From: Convolutriloba macropyga
Taxonomy: Eukaryota
NCBI RefSeq assembly: GCF_964194025.1
Contig: NW_027450122.1
Span: 1-64,000 of the forward strand
Direction: 5' to 3'
Length of the DNA: 64,000 nt
Below are positions 36,281 to 47,571 of this stretch, in pieces. The notes beneath the pieces were generated by a model. The model was not told the DNA's origin. It was given only the letters and a program-made list of their open reading frames with translations, and did not search any database. Within the stretch, counting starts at the first letter, position 1, and the number at the start of each line of letters is the position of its first letter. The position numbers and the translations under genes are program-made.

Positions 36281-39200
36281 TGAGTTAGCTAGCTTGAGCT
36301 TGAGCTAGCTAGCTAGCTTGAGCTTGAGCTAGCTAGCTCGCTTGAGCTTGAGCTTGAGCTAGCTAGCTTGAGCTTGAGCTAGCTAGCTAGCTTGAGCTTG
36401 AGCTTGAGCTAGCTGGCTTGAGCTTGAGCTAGCTAGCTTGAGCTTGAGCTAGCTAGCTAGCTAGCTTGAGCTTGAGCTTGAGCTAGCTAGCTAGCTTGAG
36501 CTAGCTATCTAGCTTGAGCTTGAGCTAGCTAGCTAGCTTGAGCTTGAGCTTGAGCTTGAGCTAGCTGGCTTGAGCTTGAGCTAGCTAGCTTGAGCTTGAG
36601 CTAGCTAGCTAGCTTGAGCTTGAGCTTGAGCTAGCTGGCTTGAGCTTGAGCTAGCTAGCTTGAGCTTGAGCTAGCTAGCTAGCTTGAGCTTGAGCTTGAG
36701 CTAGCTAGCTAGCTAGCTTGAGCTTGAGCTTGAGCTTGAGCTAGCTAGCTTGAGCTTGAGCTAGCTAGCTAGCTTGAGCTTGAGCTTGAGCTAGCTAGCT
36801 TGAGCTTGAGCTTGAGCTAGCTAGCTTGAGCTTGAGCTTGAGCTAGCTAGCTTGAGCTTGAGCTTGAGCTAGCTAGCTTGAGCTTGAGCTTGAGCTAGCT
36901 AGCTAGCTAGCTTGAGCTTGAGCTAGCTAGCTTGAGCTTGAGCTAGCTAGCTAGCTTGAGATTGAGCTTGAGCTAGCTGGCTTGAGCTTGAGCTAGCTAG
37001 CTTGAGCTTGAGCTAGCTAGCTTGAGCTTGAGCTAGCTAGCTAGCTTGAACTTGAGCTAGCTAGCTAGCTTGAGCTTGAGCTTGAGCTAGCTAGCTAGCT
37101 TGAGCTTGAGCTTGAGCTAGCTGGCTTGAGCTTGAGCTAGCTAGCTTGAGCTTGAGCTAGCTAGCTTGAGCTTGAGCTAGCTAGCTAGCTTGAACTTGAG
37201 CTAGCTAGCTAGCTTGAGCTTGAGCTAGCTAGCTAGCTTGAGCTTGAGCTAGCTAGCTAGCTTGAGCTTGAGCTTGAGCTAGCTAGCTTGAGCTTGAGCT
37301 TGAGCTAGCTAGCTAGCTTGAGCTTGAGCTAGCTAGCTTGAGCTTGAGCTAGCTAGCTTGAGCTTGAGCTAGCTAGCTAGCTTGAGCTTGAGCTAGCTAG
37401 CTAGCTTGAACTTGAGCTAGCTAGCTAGCTTGAGCTTGAGCTAGCTAGCTAGCTTGAGCTAGCTAGCTAGCTTGAGCTTGAGCTTGAGCTAGCTAGCTTG
37501 AGCTTGAGCTAGCTAGCTAGCTTGAGCTTGAGCTAGCTAGCTAGCTTGAGCTTGAGCTAGCTAGCTAGCTTGAGCTTGAGCTTGAGCTAGCTAGCTTGAG
37601 CTTGAGCTTGAGCTAGCTAGCTAGCTTGAGCTTGAGCTAGCTAGCTTGAGCTTGAGCTAGCTAGCTTGAGCTTGAGCTAGCTAGCAAGCTTGTGCTTGAG
37701 CTAGCTAGCTAGCTTGAGCTTGAGCTTGAGCTAGCTAGCTTGAGCTTGAGCTAGCTAGCTTGAGCTTGAGCTAGCTAGCTTGAGCTTGAGCTAGCTAGCA
37801 AGCTTGTGCTTGAGCTAGCTAGCTAGCTTGAGCTTGAGCTTGAGCTAGCTGGCTTGAGCTTGAGCTAGCTAGCTTGAGCTTGAGCTAGCTAGCTTGAGCT
37901 TGACCTAGCTAGCTAGCTTGAACTTGAGCTAGCTAGCTAGCTTGAGCTTGAGCTAGCTAGCTAGCTTGAGCTTGAGCTAGCTAGCTAGCTTGAGCTTGAG
38001 CTTGAGCTAGCTAGCTTGAGCTTGAGCTTGAGTTAGCTAGCTAGCTTGAGCTTGAGCTAGCTAGCTTGAGCTTGAGCTAGCTAGCTTGAGCTTGAGCTAG
38101 CTAGCTAGCTTGAGCTTGAGCTAGCTAGCTAGCTTGAACTTGAGCTAGCTAGCTAGCTTGAGTTTGAGCTAGCTAGCTTGAGCTTGAGCTAGCTAGCTTG
38201 AGCTTGAGCTAGCTAGCTAGCTTGAACTTGAGCTAGCTAGCTAGCTTGAGCTTGAGCTAGCTAGCTAGCTTGAGCTTGAGCTAGCTAGCTAGCTTGAGCT
38301 TGAGCTTGAGCTAGCTAGCTTGAGCTTGAGCTTGAGCTAGCTAGCTAGCTTGAGCTTGAGCTAGCTAGCTTGAGCTTGAGCTAGCTAGCTTGAGCTTGAG
38401 CTAGCTAGCTAGCTTGAGCTTGAGCTAGCTAGCTAGCTTGAACTTGAGCTAGCTAGCTAGCTTGAGCTTGAGCTAGCTAGCTTGAGCTTGAGCTAGCTAG
38501 CTAGCTTGAGCTTGAGCTTGAGCTAGCTAGCTAGCTAGCTTGAGCTTGAGCTTGAGCTTGAGCTAGCTAGCTTGAGCTTGAGCTAGCTAGCTAGCTTGAG
38601 CTTGGGCTTGAGCTAGCTAGCTTGAGCTTGAGCTTGAGCTAGCTAGCTTGAGCTTGAGCTTGAGCTAGCTAGCTTGAGCTTGAGCTTGAGCTAGCTAGCT
38701 TGAGCTTGAGCTTGAGCTAGCTAGCTAGCTAGCTTGAGCTTGAGCTAGCTAGCTTGAGCTTGAGCTAGCTAGCTAGCTTGAGCTTGAGCTTGAGCTAGCT
38801 GGCTTGAGCTTGAGCTAGCTAGCTTGAGCTTGAGCTAGCTAGCTTGAGCTTGAGCTAGCTAGCTAGCTTGAACTTGAGCTAGCTAGCTAGCTTGAGCTTG
38901 AGCTTGAGCTTGAGCTAGCTAGCTAGCTTGAGCTTGAGCTTGAGCTAGCTGGCTTGAGCTTGAGCTAGCTAGCTTGAGCTTGAGCTAGCTAGCTTGAGCT
39001 TGAGCTAGCTAGCTAGCTTGAACTTGAGCTAGCTAGCTAGCTTGAGCTTGAGCTAGCTAGCTAGCTTGAGCTTGAGCTAGCTAGCTAGCTTGAGCTTGAG
39101 CTTGAGCTAGCTAGCTTGAGCTTGAGCTTGAGCTAGCTAGCTAGCTTGAGCTTGAGCTAGCTAGCTTGAGCTTGAGCTAGATAGCTTGAGCTTGAGCTAG

Positions 39201-42200
39201 CTAGCTAGCTTGAGCTTGAGCTAGCTAGCTAGCTTGAACTTGAGCTAGCTAGCTAGCTTGAGCTTGAGCTAGCTAGCTAGCTTGAGCTAGCTAGCTAGCT
39301 TGAGCTTGAGCTTGAGCTAGCTAGCTTGAGCTTGAGCTAGCTAGCTAGCTTGAGCTTGAGCTAGCTAGCTAGCTTGAGCTTGAGCTAGCTAGCTAGCTTG
39401 AGCTTGAGCTTGAGCTAGCTAGCTTGAGCTTGAGCTTGAGCTAGCTAGCTAGCTTGAGCTTGAGCTAGCTAGCTTGAGCTTGAGCTAGCTAGCTTGAGCT
39501 TGAGCTAGCTAGCAAGCTTGTGCTTGAGCTAGCTAGCTAGCTTGAGCTTGAGCTTGAGCTAGCTAGCTTGAGCTTGAGCTAGCTAGCTTGAGCTTGAGCT
39601 AGCTAGCTTGAGCTTGAGCTAGCTAGCAAGCTTGTGCTTGAGCTAGCTAGCTAGCTTGAGCTTGAGCTTGAGCTAGCTGGCTTGAGCTTGAGCTAGCTAG
39701 CTTGAGCTTGAGCTAGCTAGCTTGAGCTTGAGCTAGCTAGCTAGCTTGAACTTGAGCTAGCTAGCTAGCTTGAGCTTGAGCTAGCTAGCTAGCTTGAGCT
39801 TGAGCTAGCTAGCTAGCTTGAGCTTGAGCTTGAGCTAGCTAGCTTGAGCTTGAGCTTGAGCTAGCTAGCTAGCTTGAGCTTGAGCTAGCTAGCTTGAGCT
39901 TGAGCTAGATAGCTTGAGCTTGAGCTAGCTAGCTAGCTTGAGCTTGAGCTAGCTAGCTAGCTTGAACTTGAGCTAGCTAGCTAGCTTGAGTTTGAGCTAG
40001 CTAGCTTGAGCTTGAGCTAGCTAGCTTGAGCTTGAGCTAGCTAGCTAGCTTGAACTTGAGCTAGCTAGCTAGCTTGAGCTTGAGCTAGCTAGCTAGCTTG
40101 AGCTTGAGCTAGCTAGCTAGCTTGAGCTTGAGCTTGAGCTAGCTAGCTTGAGCTTGAGCTTGAGCTAGCTAGCTAGCTTGAGCTTGAGCTAGCTAGCTTG
40201 AGCTTGAGCTAGCTAGCTTGAGCTTGAGCTAGCTAGCTAGCTTGAGCTTGAGCTAGCTAGCTAGCTTGAACTTGAGCTAGCTAGCTAGCTTGAGCTTGAG
40301 CTAGCTAGCTAGCTTGAGCTAGCTAGCTAGCTTGAGCTTGAGCTTGAGCTTGAGCTTGCTAGCTTGAGCTTGAGCTAGCTAGCTAGCTTGAGCTTGAGCT
40401 AGCTAGCTAGCTTGAGCTTGAGCTAGCTAGCTAGCTTGAGCTTGAGCTTGAGCTAGCTAGCTTGAGCTTGAGCTTGAGCTAGCTAGCTAGCTTGAGCTTG
40501 AGCTAGCTAGCTAGCTTGAGCTTGAGCTTGAGCTAGCTAGCTTGAGCTTGAGCTTGAGCTAGCTAGCTAGCTTGAGCTTGAGCTAGCTAGCTTGAGCTTG
40601 AGCTAGCTAGCTTGAGCTTGAGCTAGCTAGCTAGCTTGTGCTTGAGCTAGCTAGCTAGCTTGAGCTTGAGCTTGAGCTAGCTGGCTTGAGCTTGAGCTAG
40701 CTAGCTTGAGCTTGAGCTAGCTAGCTTGAGCTTGAGCTAGCTAGCTAGCTTGAACTTGAGCTAGCTAGCTAGCTTGAGCTTGAGCTAGCTAGCTAGCTTG
40801 AGCTTGAGCTAGCTAGCTAGCTTGAGCTTGAGCTTGAGCTAGCTAGCTTGAGCTTGAGCTTGAGCTAGCTAGCTAGCTTGAGCTTGAGCTAGCTAGCTTG
40901 AGCTTGAGCTAGCTAGCTTGAGCTTGAGCTAGCTAGCTAGCTTGAGCTTGAGCTAGCTAGCTAGCTTGAACTTGAGCTAGCTAGCTAGCTTGAGCTTGAG
41001 CTAGCTAGCTAGCTTGAGCTAGCTAGCTAGCTTGAGCTTGAGCTTGAGCTAGCTAGCTTGAGCTTGAGCTAGCTAGCTAGCTTGAGCTTGAGCTAGCTAG
41101 CTAGCTTGAGCTTGAGCTAGCTAGCTAGCTTGAGCTTGAGCTTGAGCTAGCTAGCTTGAGCTTGAGCTTGAGCTAGCTAGCTAGCTTGAGCTTGAGCTAG
41201 CTAGCTTGAGCTTGAGCTAGCTAGCTTGAGCTTGAGCTAGCTAGCAAGCTTGTGCTTGAGCTAGCTAGCTAGCTTGAGCTTGAGCTTGAGCTAGCTAGCT
41301 TGAGCTTGAGCTAGCTAGCTTGAGCTTGAGCTAGCTAGCTTGAGCTTGAGCTAGCTAGCAAGCTTGTGCTTGAGCTAGCTAGCTAGCTTGAGCTTGAGCT
41401 TGAGCTAGCTGGCTTGAGCTTGAGCTAGCTAGCTTGAGCTTGAGCTAGCTAGCTTGAGCTTGAGCTAGCTAGCTAGCTTGAACTTGAGCTAGCTAGCTAG
41501 CTTGAGCTTGAGCTAGCTAGCTAGCTTGAGCTTGAGCTAGCTAGCTAGCTTGAGCTTGAGCTTGAGCTAGCTAGCTTGAGCTTGAGCTTGAGCTAGCTAG
41601 CTAGCTGGAGCTTGAGCTAGCTAGCTTGAGCTTGAGCTAGCTAGCTTGAGCTTGAGCTAGCTAGCTAGCTTGAGCTTGAGCTAGCTAGCTAGCTTGAACT
41701 TGAGCTAGCTAGCTAGCTTGAGTTTGAGCTAGCTAGCTTGAGCTTGAGCTAGCTAGCTTGAGCTTGAGCTAGCTAGCTAGCTTGAACTTGAGCTAGCTAG
41801 CTAGCTTGAGCTTGAGCTAGCTAGCTAGCTTGAGCTTGAGCTAGCTAGCTAGCTTGAGCTTGAGCTTGAGCTAGCTAGCTTGAGCTTGAGCTTGAGCTAG
41901 CTAGCTAGCTTGAGCTTGAGCTAGCTAGCTTGAGCTTGAGCTAGCTAGCTTGAGCTTGAGCTAGCTAGCTAGCTTGAGCTTGAGCTAGCTAGCTAGCTTG
42001 AACTTGAGCTAGCTAGCTAGCTTGAGCTTGAGCTAGCTAGCTAGCTTGAGCTAGCTAGCTAGCTTGAGCTTGAGCTTGAGCTTGAGCTTGAGCTAGCTAG
42101 CTTGAGCTTGAGCTAGCTAGCTAGCTTGAGCTTGAGCTAGCTAGCCAGCTTGAGCTTGAGCTAGCTAGCTAGCTTGAGCTTGAGCTTGAGCTAGCTAGCT

Positions 42201-43105
42201 TGAGCTTGAGCTTGAGCTAGCTAGCTAGCTTGAGCTTGAGCTAGCTAGCTAGCTTGAGCTTGAGCTTGAGCTAGCTAGCTTGAGCTTGAGCTTGAGCTAG
42301 CTAGCTAGCTTGAGCTTGAGCTAGCTAGCTTGAGCTTGAGCTAGCTAGCTTGAGATTGAGCTAGCTAGCTAGCTTGTGCTTGAGCTAGCTAGCTAGCTTG
42401 AGCTTGAGCTTGAGCTAGCTGGCTTGAGCTTGAGCTAGCTAGCTTGAGCTTGAGCTAGCTAGCTTGAGCTTGAGCTAGCTAGCTAGCTTGAACTTGAGCT
42501 AGCTAGCTAGCTTGAGCTTGAGCTTGAGCTAGCTAGCTAGCTTGAGCTTGAGCTAGCTAGCTAGCTTGAGCTTGAGCTTGAGCTAGCTAGCTTGAGCTTG
42601 AGCTTGAGCTAGCTAGCTAGCTTGAGCTTGAGCTAGCTAGCTTGAGCTTGAGCTAGCTAGCTTGAGCTTGAGCTAGCTAGCTAGCTTGAGCTTGAGCTAG
42701 CTAGCTAGCTTGAACTTGAGCTAGCTAGCTAGCTTGAGCTTGAGCTAGCTAGCTAGCTTGAGCTAGCTAGCTAGCTTGAGCTTGAGCTTGAGCTTGAGCT
42801 AGCTAGCTTGAGCTTGAGCTAGCTAGCTAGCTTGAGCTTGAGCTAGCTAGCTAGCTTGAGCTTGAGCTAGCTAGCTAGCTTGAGCTTGAGCTTGAGCTAG
42901 CTAGCTTGAGCTTGAGCTTGAGCTAGCTAGCTAGCTTGAGCTTGAGCTAGCTAGCTTGAGCTTGAGCTAGCTAGCTTGAGCTTGAGCTAGCTAGCTAGCT
43001 TGAGCTTGAGCTAGCTAGCTAGCTTGAGCTTGAGCTAGCTGGCTTGAGCTTGAGCTAGATAGCTTGAGCTTGAGCTAGCTAGCTAGCTTGAGCTAGCTAG
43101 CTAGA
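36281..43105 (+). repeat. Compound microsatellite (TTGAGC)1-4(TAGC)1-4, ~6.8 kb
   Basis: Direct reading; only 6-mer and 4-mer AGCT-based units with rare variants (ttgaac, ttgtgc, tggc). Confidence 0.97.
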
Positions 43106-43120
43106 GCTCGACCTATGAAA

Positions 43121-43230
43121 AGCTGCGCAAACACTTATTCTATAATAATTGCGAAAATTAAAAATTTCACAAGTGAAAAGCTGCATAAACAGTAATTCTA
43201 TGTGTGGGGCATTATTAGGGGGAGGTGTCT
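43121..43230 (+). promoter_or_regulatory. Putative Pol I spacer promoter 1 (ttctatgtgtggggc-ATTATTAGGGGG); copies at ~44355-44415 and ~45543-45605
   Basis: Repeated upstream of subrepeat blocks; resembles TATA(T)AGGG-type rDNA initiation sequences of plants and crustaceans; homologous to the 46720-46820 block. Confidence 0.45.
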
Positions 43231-46065
43231 TGTCAAAATATGGCTGGACTAAAGACCTCAACCCAGATAGGGTGGAAGGCCCTATGATCGGTCTGTTACT
43301 AATCGGTGACCGATAAAGACCTGACCAAGGCCTGTAGTAAGCTTGGTTAGGCATTACAGGAGATAACACTAAGACCGAGGGGTCTTAGAGAGCCCTCTAG
43401 CGGGGCGAATAGAGCTAGATCGAGCCTTGGGAAAGCTAGATCGAGCAGGACTGAAGCTAAAGGATAGACCGAGAGGTCTGTCTGGTCCTCCTAGAGAGGC
43501 CAAGAGAAAGTACGAGAAGCCAACTAAAGCTTGATCGGGCCTTCAGCAAGCACGACCGAGCTGTACCGGAGCTAACACTAAGACCGAGGGGTCTTAGAGA
43601 GCCCTCTAGCGGGGCGAATAGAGCTAGATCGAGCCTTGGGAAAGCTAGATCGAGCAGGACTGAAGCTAAACGATAGACCGAGAGGTCTGTCTGGTCCTCC
43701 TAGAGAGGCCAAGAGAAAAAACGAGAAGCTAACTAAAGCTTGATCGGGCCTTCAGCAAGCACGACCGAGCTGTACCGGAGCTAACACTAAGACCGAGGGG
43801 TCTTAGAGAGCCCTCTAGCTGGGCGAATAGAGCTTGATCAAGCCTTGGGCAAGCTAGATCGAGCAGGACTGAAGCTAAGCAAGAGACCGAGAGGTCTGTC
43901 TGGTCCTCCTAGAGAGGCCAAGAGAAAGTACGAGAAGCCAACTAAAGCTTGATCGGGCCTTCAGCAAGCACGACCGAGCTGTACCGGAGCTAACACTAAG
44001 ACCGAGGGGTCTTAGAGAGCCCTCTAGCGGGGCGAATAGAGCTAGATCGAGCCTTGGGAAAGCTAGATCGAGCAGGACTGAAGCTAAACGATAGACCGAG
44101 AGGTCTGTCTGGTCCTCCTAGAGAGGCCAAGAGAAAGTACGAGAAGCTAACTAAAGCTTGATCGCGCCTTCAGCAAGCACGATTGAGCAAGACCGGAGCT
44201 AACACTAAGACCGAAGTGTCTTAGAGAGCCCTCTGGTGGGGCGAATAGAGCTAGATCGAGCCTTGGGAAAGCTAGATCGAGTAAGATTGAAGCTGAAAGA
44301 GTGTCAGAGGAGCAAATGAACCTCCAAAAAGTGAAAATCAAATTTTAGAAAAAACACAAGTTAAATACTGCATGGACAGTATTTCTATGTGTGGGGCATT
44401 ATTAGGGGGAGGTGTCTTGTCAAAATATGGCTGGACTAAAGACCTCAACCCGGATAGGGTGGAAGGCCCCATGATCGGTCTGTTACTAATCGGTGACCGA
44501 TAAAGACCTGACCAAGGCCTGTAGTAAGCTTGGTTAGGCATTACAGGAGTTAACACTAAGACCGAGGGGTCTTAGAGAGCCCTCTAGCGGGGCGAATAGA
44601 GCTAGATCGAGCCTTGGGAAAGCTAGATCGAGCAGGACTGAAGCTAAGCAAGAGACCGAAAGGTCTGTCTGGTCCTCCTAGAGAGGCCAAGAGAAAGTAC
44701 GAGAAGCTAACTAAAGCTTGATCAGGCCTTCAGCAAGCACGACCGAGCTGTACCGGAGCTAACACTAAGACCGAGGGGTCTTAGAGAGCCCTCTAGCAGG
44801 GCGAATAGATCTAGATCGAGCCTTGGGAAAGCTAGATCGAGCAGGACTGAAGCTAAACGATAGACCGAGAGGTCTGTCTGGTCCTCCTAGAGAGGCCAAG
44901 AGAAAGTACGAGAAGCTAACTAAAGCTTGATCGGGCCTTCAGCAAGCACGACCGAGCTGTACCGGAGCTAACACTAAGACCGAGGGGTCTTAGAGAGCCC
45001 TCTAGCAGGGCGAATAGAGCTAGATCGAGACTTGGGAAAGCTAGATCAAGCAGGACTGAAGCTAAACGATAGACCGAGAGGTCTGTCTGGTCCTCCTAGA
45101 GAGGCCAAGAGAAAGTACGAGAATCTAACTAAAGCTTGATCGGGCCTTCAGCAAGCACGACCGAGCTGTACCGGAGCTAACACTAAGACCGAGGGGTCTT
45201 AGAGAGCCCTCTAGCAGGGCGAATAGAGCTAGATCGAGCCTTGGGAAAGCTAGATCGAGCAGGACTGAAGCTAAACGATAGACCGAGAGGTCTGTCTGGT
45301 CCTCCTAGAGAGGCCAAGAGGAAGTACGAGAAGCTAACTAAAGCTTGATCGCGCCTTCAGCAAGCACGATTGAGCAAGACCGGAGCTAACACTAAGACCG
45401 AAGTGTCTTAGAGAGCCCTCTAGTGGGGCGAATAGAGCTAGATCGAGCCTTGGGAAAGCTAGATCGAGTAAGATTGAAGCTGAAAGAGTGTCAGAGGAGC
45501 AAATGAACCTCCAAAAAGTGAAAATCAAATTTTAGAAAAAAACACAAGTTAAATACTGCATGGACAGTAATTCTATGTGTGGGGCATTATTAGGGAGAGG
45601 TGTCTTGTCAAAATATGGCTGGACTAAAGACCTCAACCCGGATAGGGTGGAAGGCCCTATGATTGGTCTGTTACTAATCGGTGACCGATAAAGACCTGAC
45701 CAAGGCCTGTAGTAAGCTTGGTTAGGCATTACAGAAGATAACACTAAGACCGAGGGGTCTTAGAGAGCCCTCTAGCGGGGCGAATAGAGCTTGATCAAGC
45801 CTTGGGCAAGCTAGATCGAGCAGGACTGAAGCTAAACGATAGACCGAGAGGTCTGTCTGGTCCTCCTAGAGAGGCCAAGAGAAAGTACGAGAATCTAACT
45901 AAAGCTGGGTCGGGCCTTCAGCAAGCACGACCGAGCAGTACCGGAGCTAACACTAAGACCGAGGGGTCTTAGAGAGCCCTCTAGTGGGGCGAATAGAGCT
46001 AGATCGAGCCTTGGGAAAGCTAGATCGAGCAGGACTGAAGCTAAACGATAAACCGAAAGGTCTGA
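43165..46065 (+). repeat. ~1187-bp higher-order repeat (~2.4 copies), each with a promoter-like block and ~4.5 copies of a 209-bp subrepeat; rDNA intergenic spacer-like
   Basis: taacactaagaccg starts at 43364, 43573, 43782, 43991, 44200 (209 bp apart), then 44551 and 45739 (1187/1188 apart). Confidence 0.92.
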
Positions 46066-46721
46066 CGGGTCCTCATAAGAGGCATGGAGAAAGATCTGAT
46101 ACTAAAGTACCTCTCGGAAGTAATAAAATATGCCTGATGAAGCCGGGTATGATGTTTGTTGTTTGATGGCATTCATCGATTAGGTCTGGTGGATTCCCCA
46201 TTACTCCGAGTGGTACTAGTAGAGGCTCCTACAGGGGTGAGCAAAGCGAGATCAAGCCTTAGGCAAGCTAGATCGAGCAGAACTGAAGCTGAAAAGCAAA
46301 ATAAATGACAGGTCTGTCCAAATCAATAAACTTGAAATCCAGTGTGGTCACCACGGGTCACGAGGTGAATTCCTAGCGATTGTCTGCTGAACGTATAGGA
46401 AGGCCCGAAACGAACGATAATTTCATTGCACAGTGGAGATACTATACGTTCAGGAGTAGCATACATCGGGTTTGATCTATGATCATGTCTGGTCTCCGAG
46501 GATCCACCGGGTTACCAACTGGCACCGCTGTACTGGGTGTAAAACTGGGCCACCTGAAGTCCCGGGTGTAAAACTAGGTGCCTCTGTGCCAAAGTAGCGG
46601 CTTGCGTAGTGCATTATGCCTCCGGCTTGCGAAATGGTTATAAGCAATAACAACAGGACGCCGCGGGGTGTTCACTTAAAGGAGTAACGTTCTCTCAAGG
46701 GAGGGGATCTAAAAATCTTGA

Positions 46722-46820
46722 TAAAACATTTATTCTATGCAAAATTTGTGCGCAAATTTTGCAAAGTAAAAAGCTGCACTGTAGCAAATTCTATGTGTGT
46801 AGCATTATTAGGGAAGTGTT
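46722..46820 (+). promoter_or_regulatory. Putative main Pol I promoter (aaacatttattctat...aagctgca...ttctatgtgtgtagc-ATTATTAGGGAAG)
   Basis: Diverged fourth copy of the promoter-like block, lying between the spacer repeats and the rRNA segment. Confidence 0.45.
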
Positions 46821-47571
46821 GTTTGATGGCACCTCTCTACTTGATGCACCAAAGAACTACCTTGATGGCTCATGACCGCTGGTAATCTGTCGTCGCTAGT
46901 AGTTCGGAACTGAGAACAAATATGTTCGCAAATTACAACAATTATACAGCATATTGCTGAATAAAGCAGAACCGAATAATACTCAGTGACTTTACACCAA
47001 GACTGACTAATGTCTGGATTGTATCGTCCTACTCGAGTAAGGCGAAGAAAAGCTAGAAAGATACGCTTTTCACAAAGCAGGCTTAATGCATGCAAACCAA
47101 GGAGGAAGGAGTGATGCCCCTCCTTATAATAAGCAGAACCAAATAAAGAACAGACAGCATCATCTGTACAGTGACCAAGAAGAGGTGAAACTTCTGTATG
47201 TGAAAAGGCAATTTGAGCGAGATTTATTAGCAGACTAGTATTATGTTGTTTCTAGTAGGCGAAAGCCGAAACATCAACATGTGAAAATCTGATATTAAAT
47301 CCTCAATCATTTTCCCTAGTATTATACAGCTATGAGTAACCTTAATTGGACACGGCAATTATTGCTGACCGGTGAAACTTTCGCATGGGAAAGACACACA
47401 CACTTCTTGACAAAGCAATAAGTATTATGCTGTTTCTAGTACGCGAAAGCAGAAACATCAGCATGTGAAAGTTGTGAAGTTGAAGAATTTTTGTGTTGAG
47501 TACGATGTTGTTACTAGTAACCATGTCGACAGGACATGTTGAAACTAAATAGAGGTCTATGACTTCTATAT
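46810..47571 (+). other. Putative external transcribed leader (5' ETS-like) with duplicated hairpins
   Basis: Unique sequence between promoter-like motif and rRNA segment; no credible ORF. Confidence 0.35.

Noticed and set aside
6198-43105. Telomeric repeat or immunoglobulin switch region (AGCT/GAGCT-rich)
   Set aside because: Arrays are interstitial, not G-rich and show HOR variation unlike telomerase products; no Ig exons present
47078-47095. gcaggcttaatgcatgcaa resembling bacterial 16S 5' motif
   Set aside because: Isolated ~19-nt similarity with no flanking SSU homology
47252-47272. Hammerhead ribozyme (GGCGAAAGCCGAAAC; also ctgatga at 46134 and cccgaaac at 46404)
   Set aside because: The CUGANGA core is not adjacent to a stem II plus GAAA in any case
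43097-47524. Short ORFs of 60-95 aa in the island
   Set aside because: Lie in tandem repeats, differ by frameshifts between copies, no recognisable motifs
46820-47571. R1/R2 retrotransposon or group I intron interrupting 28S
   Set aside because: No RT ORF, no poly(A) tail at the junction, no upstream 28S exon, and the site is not the known R1/R2 target region
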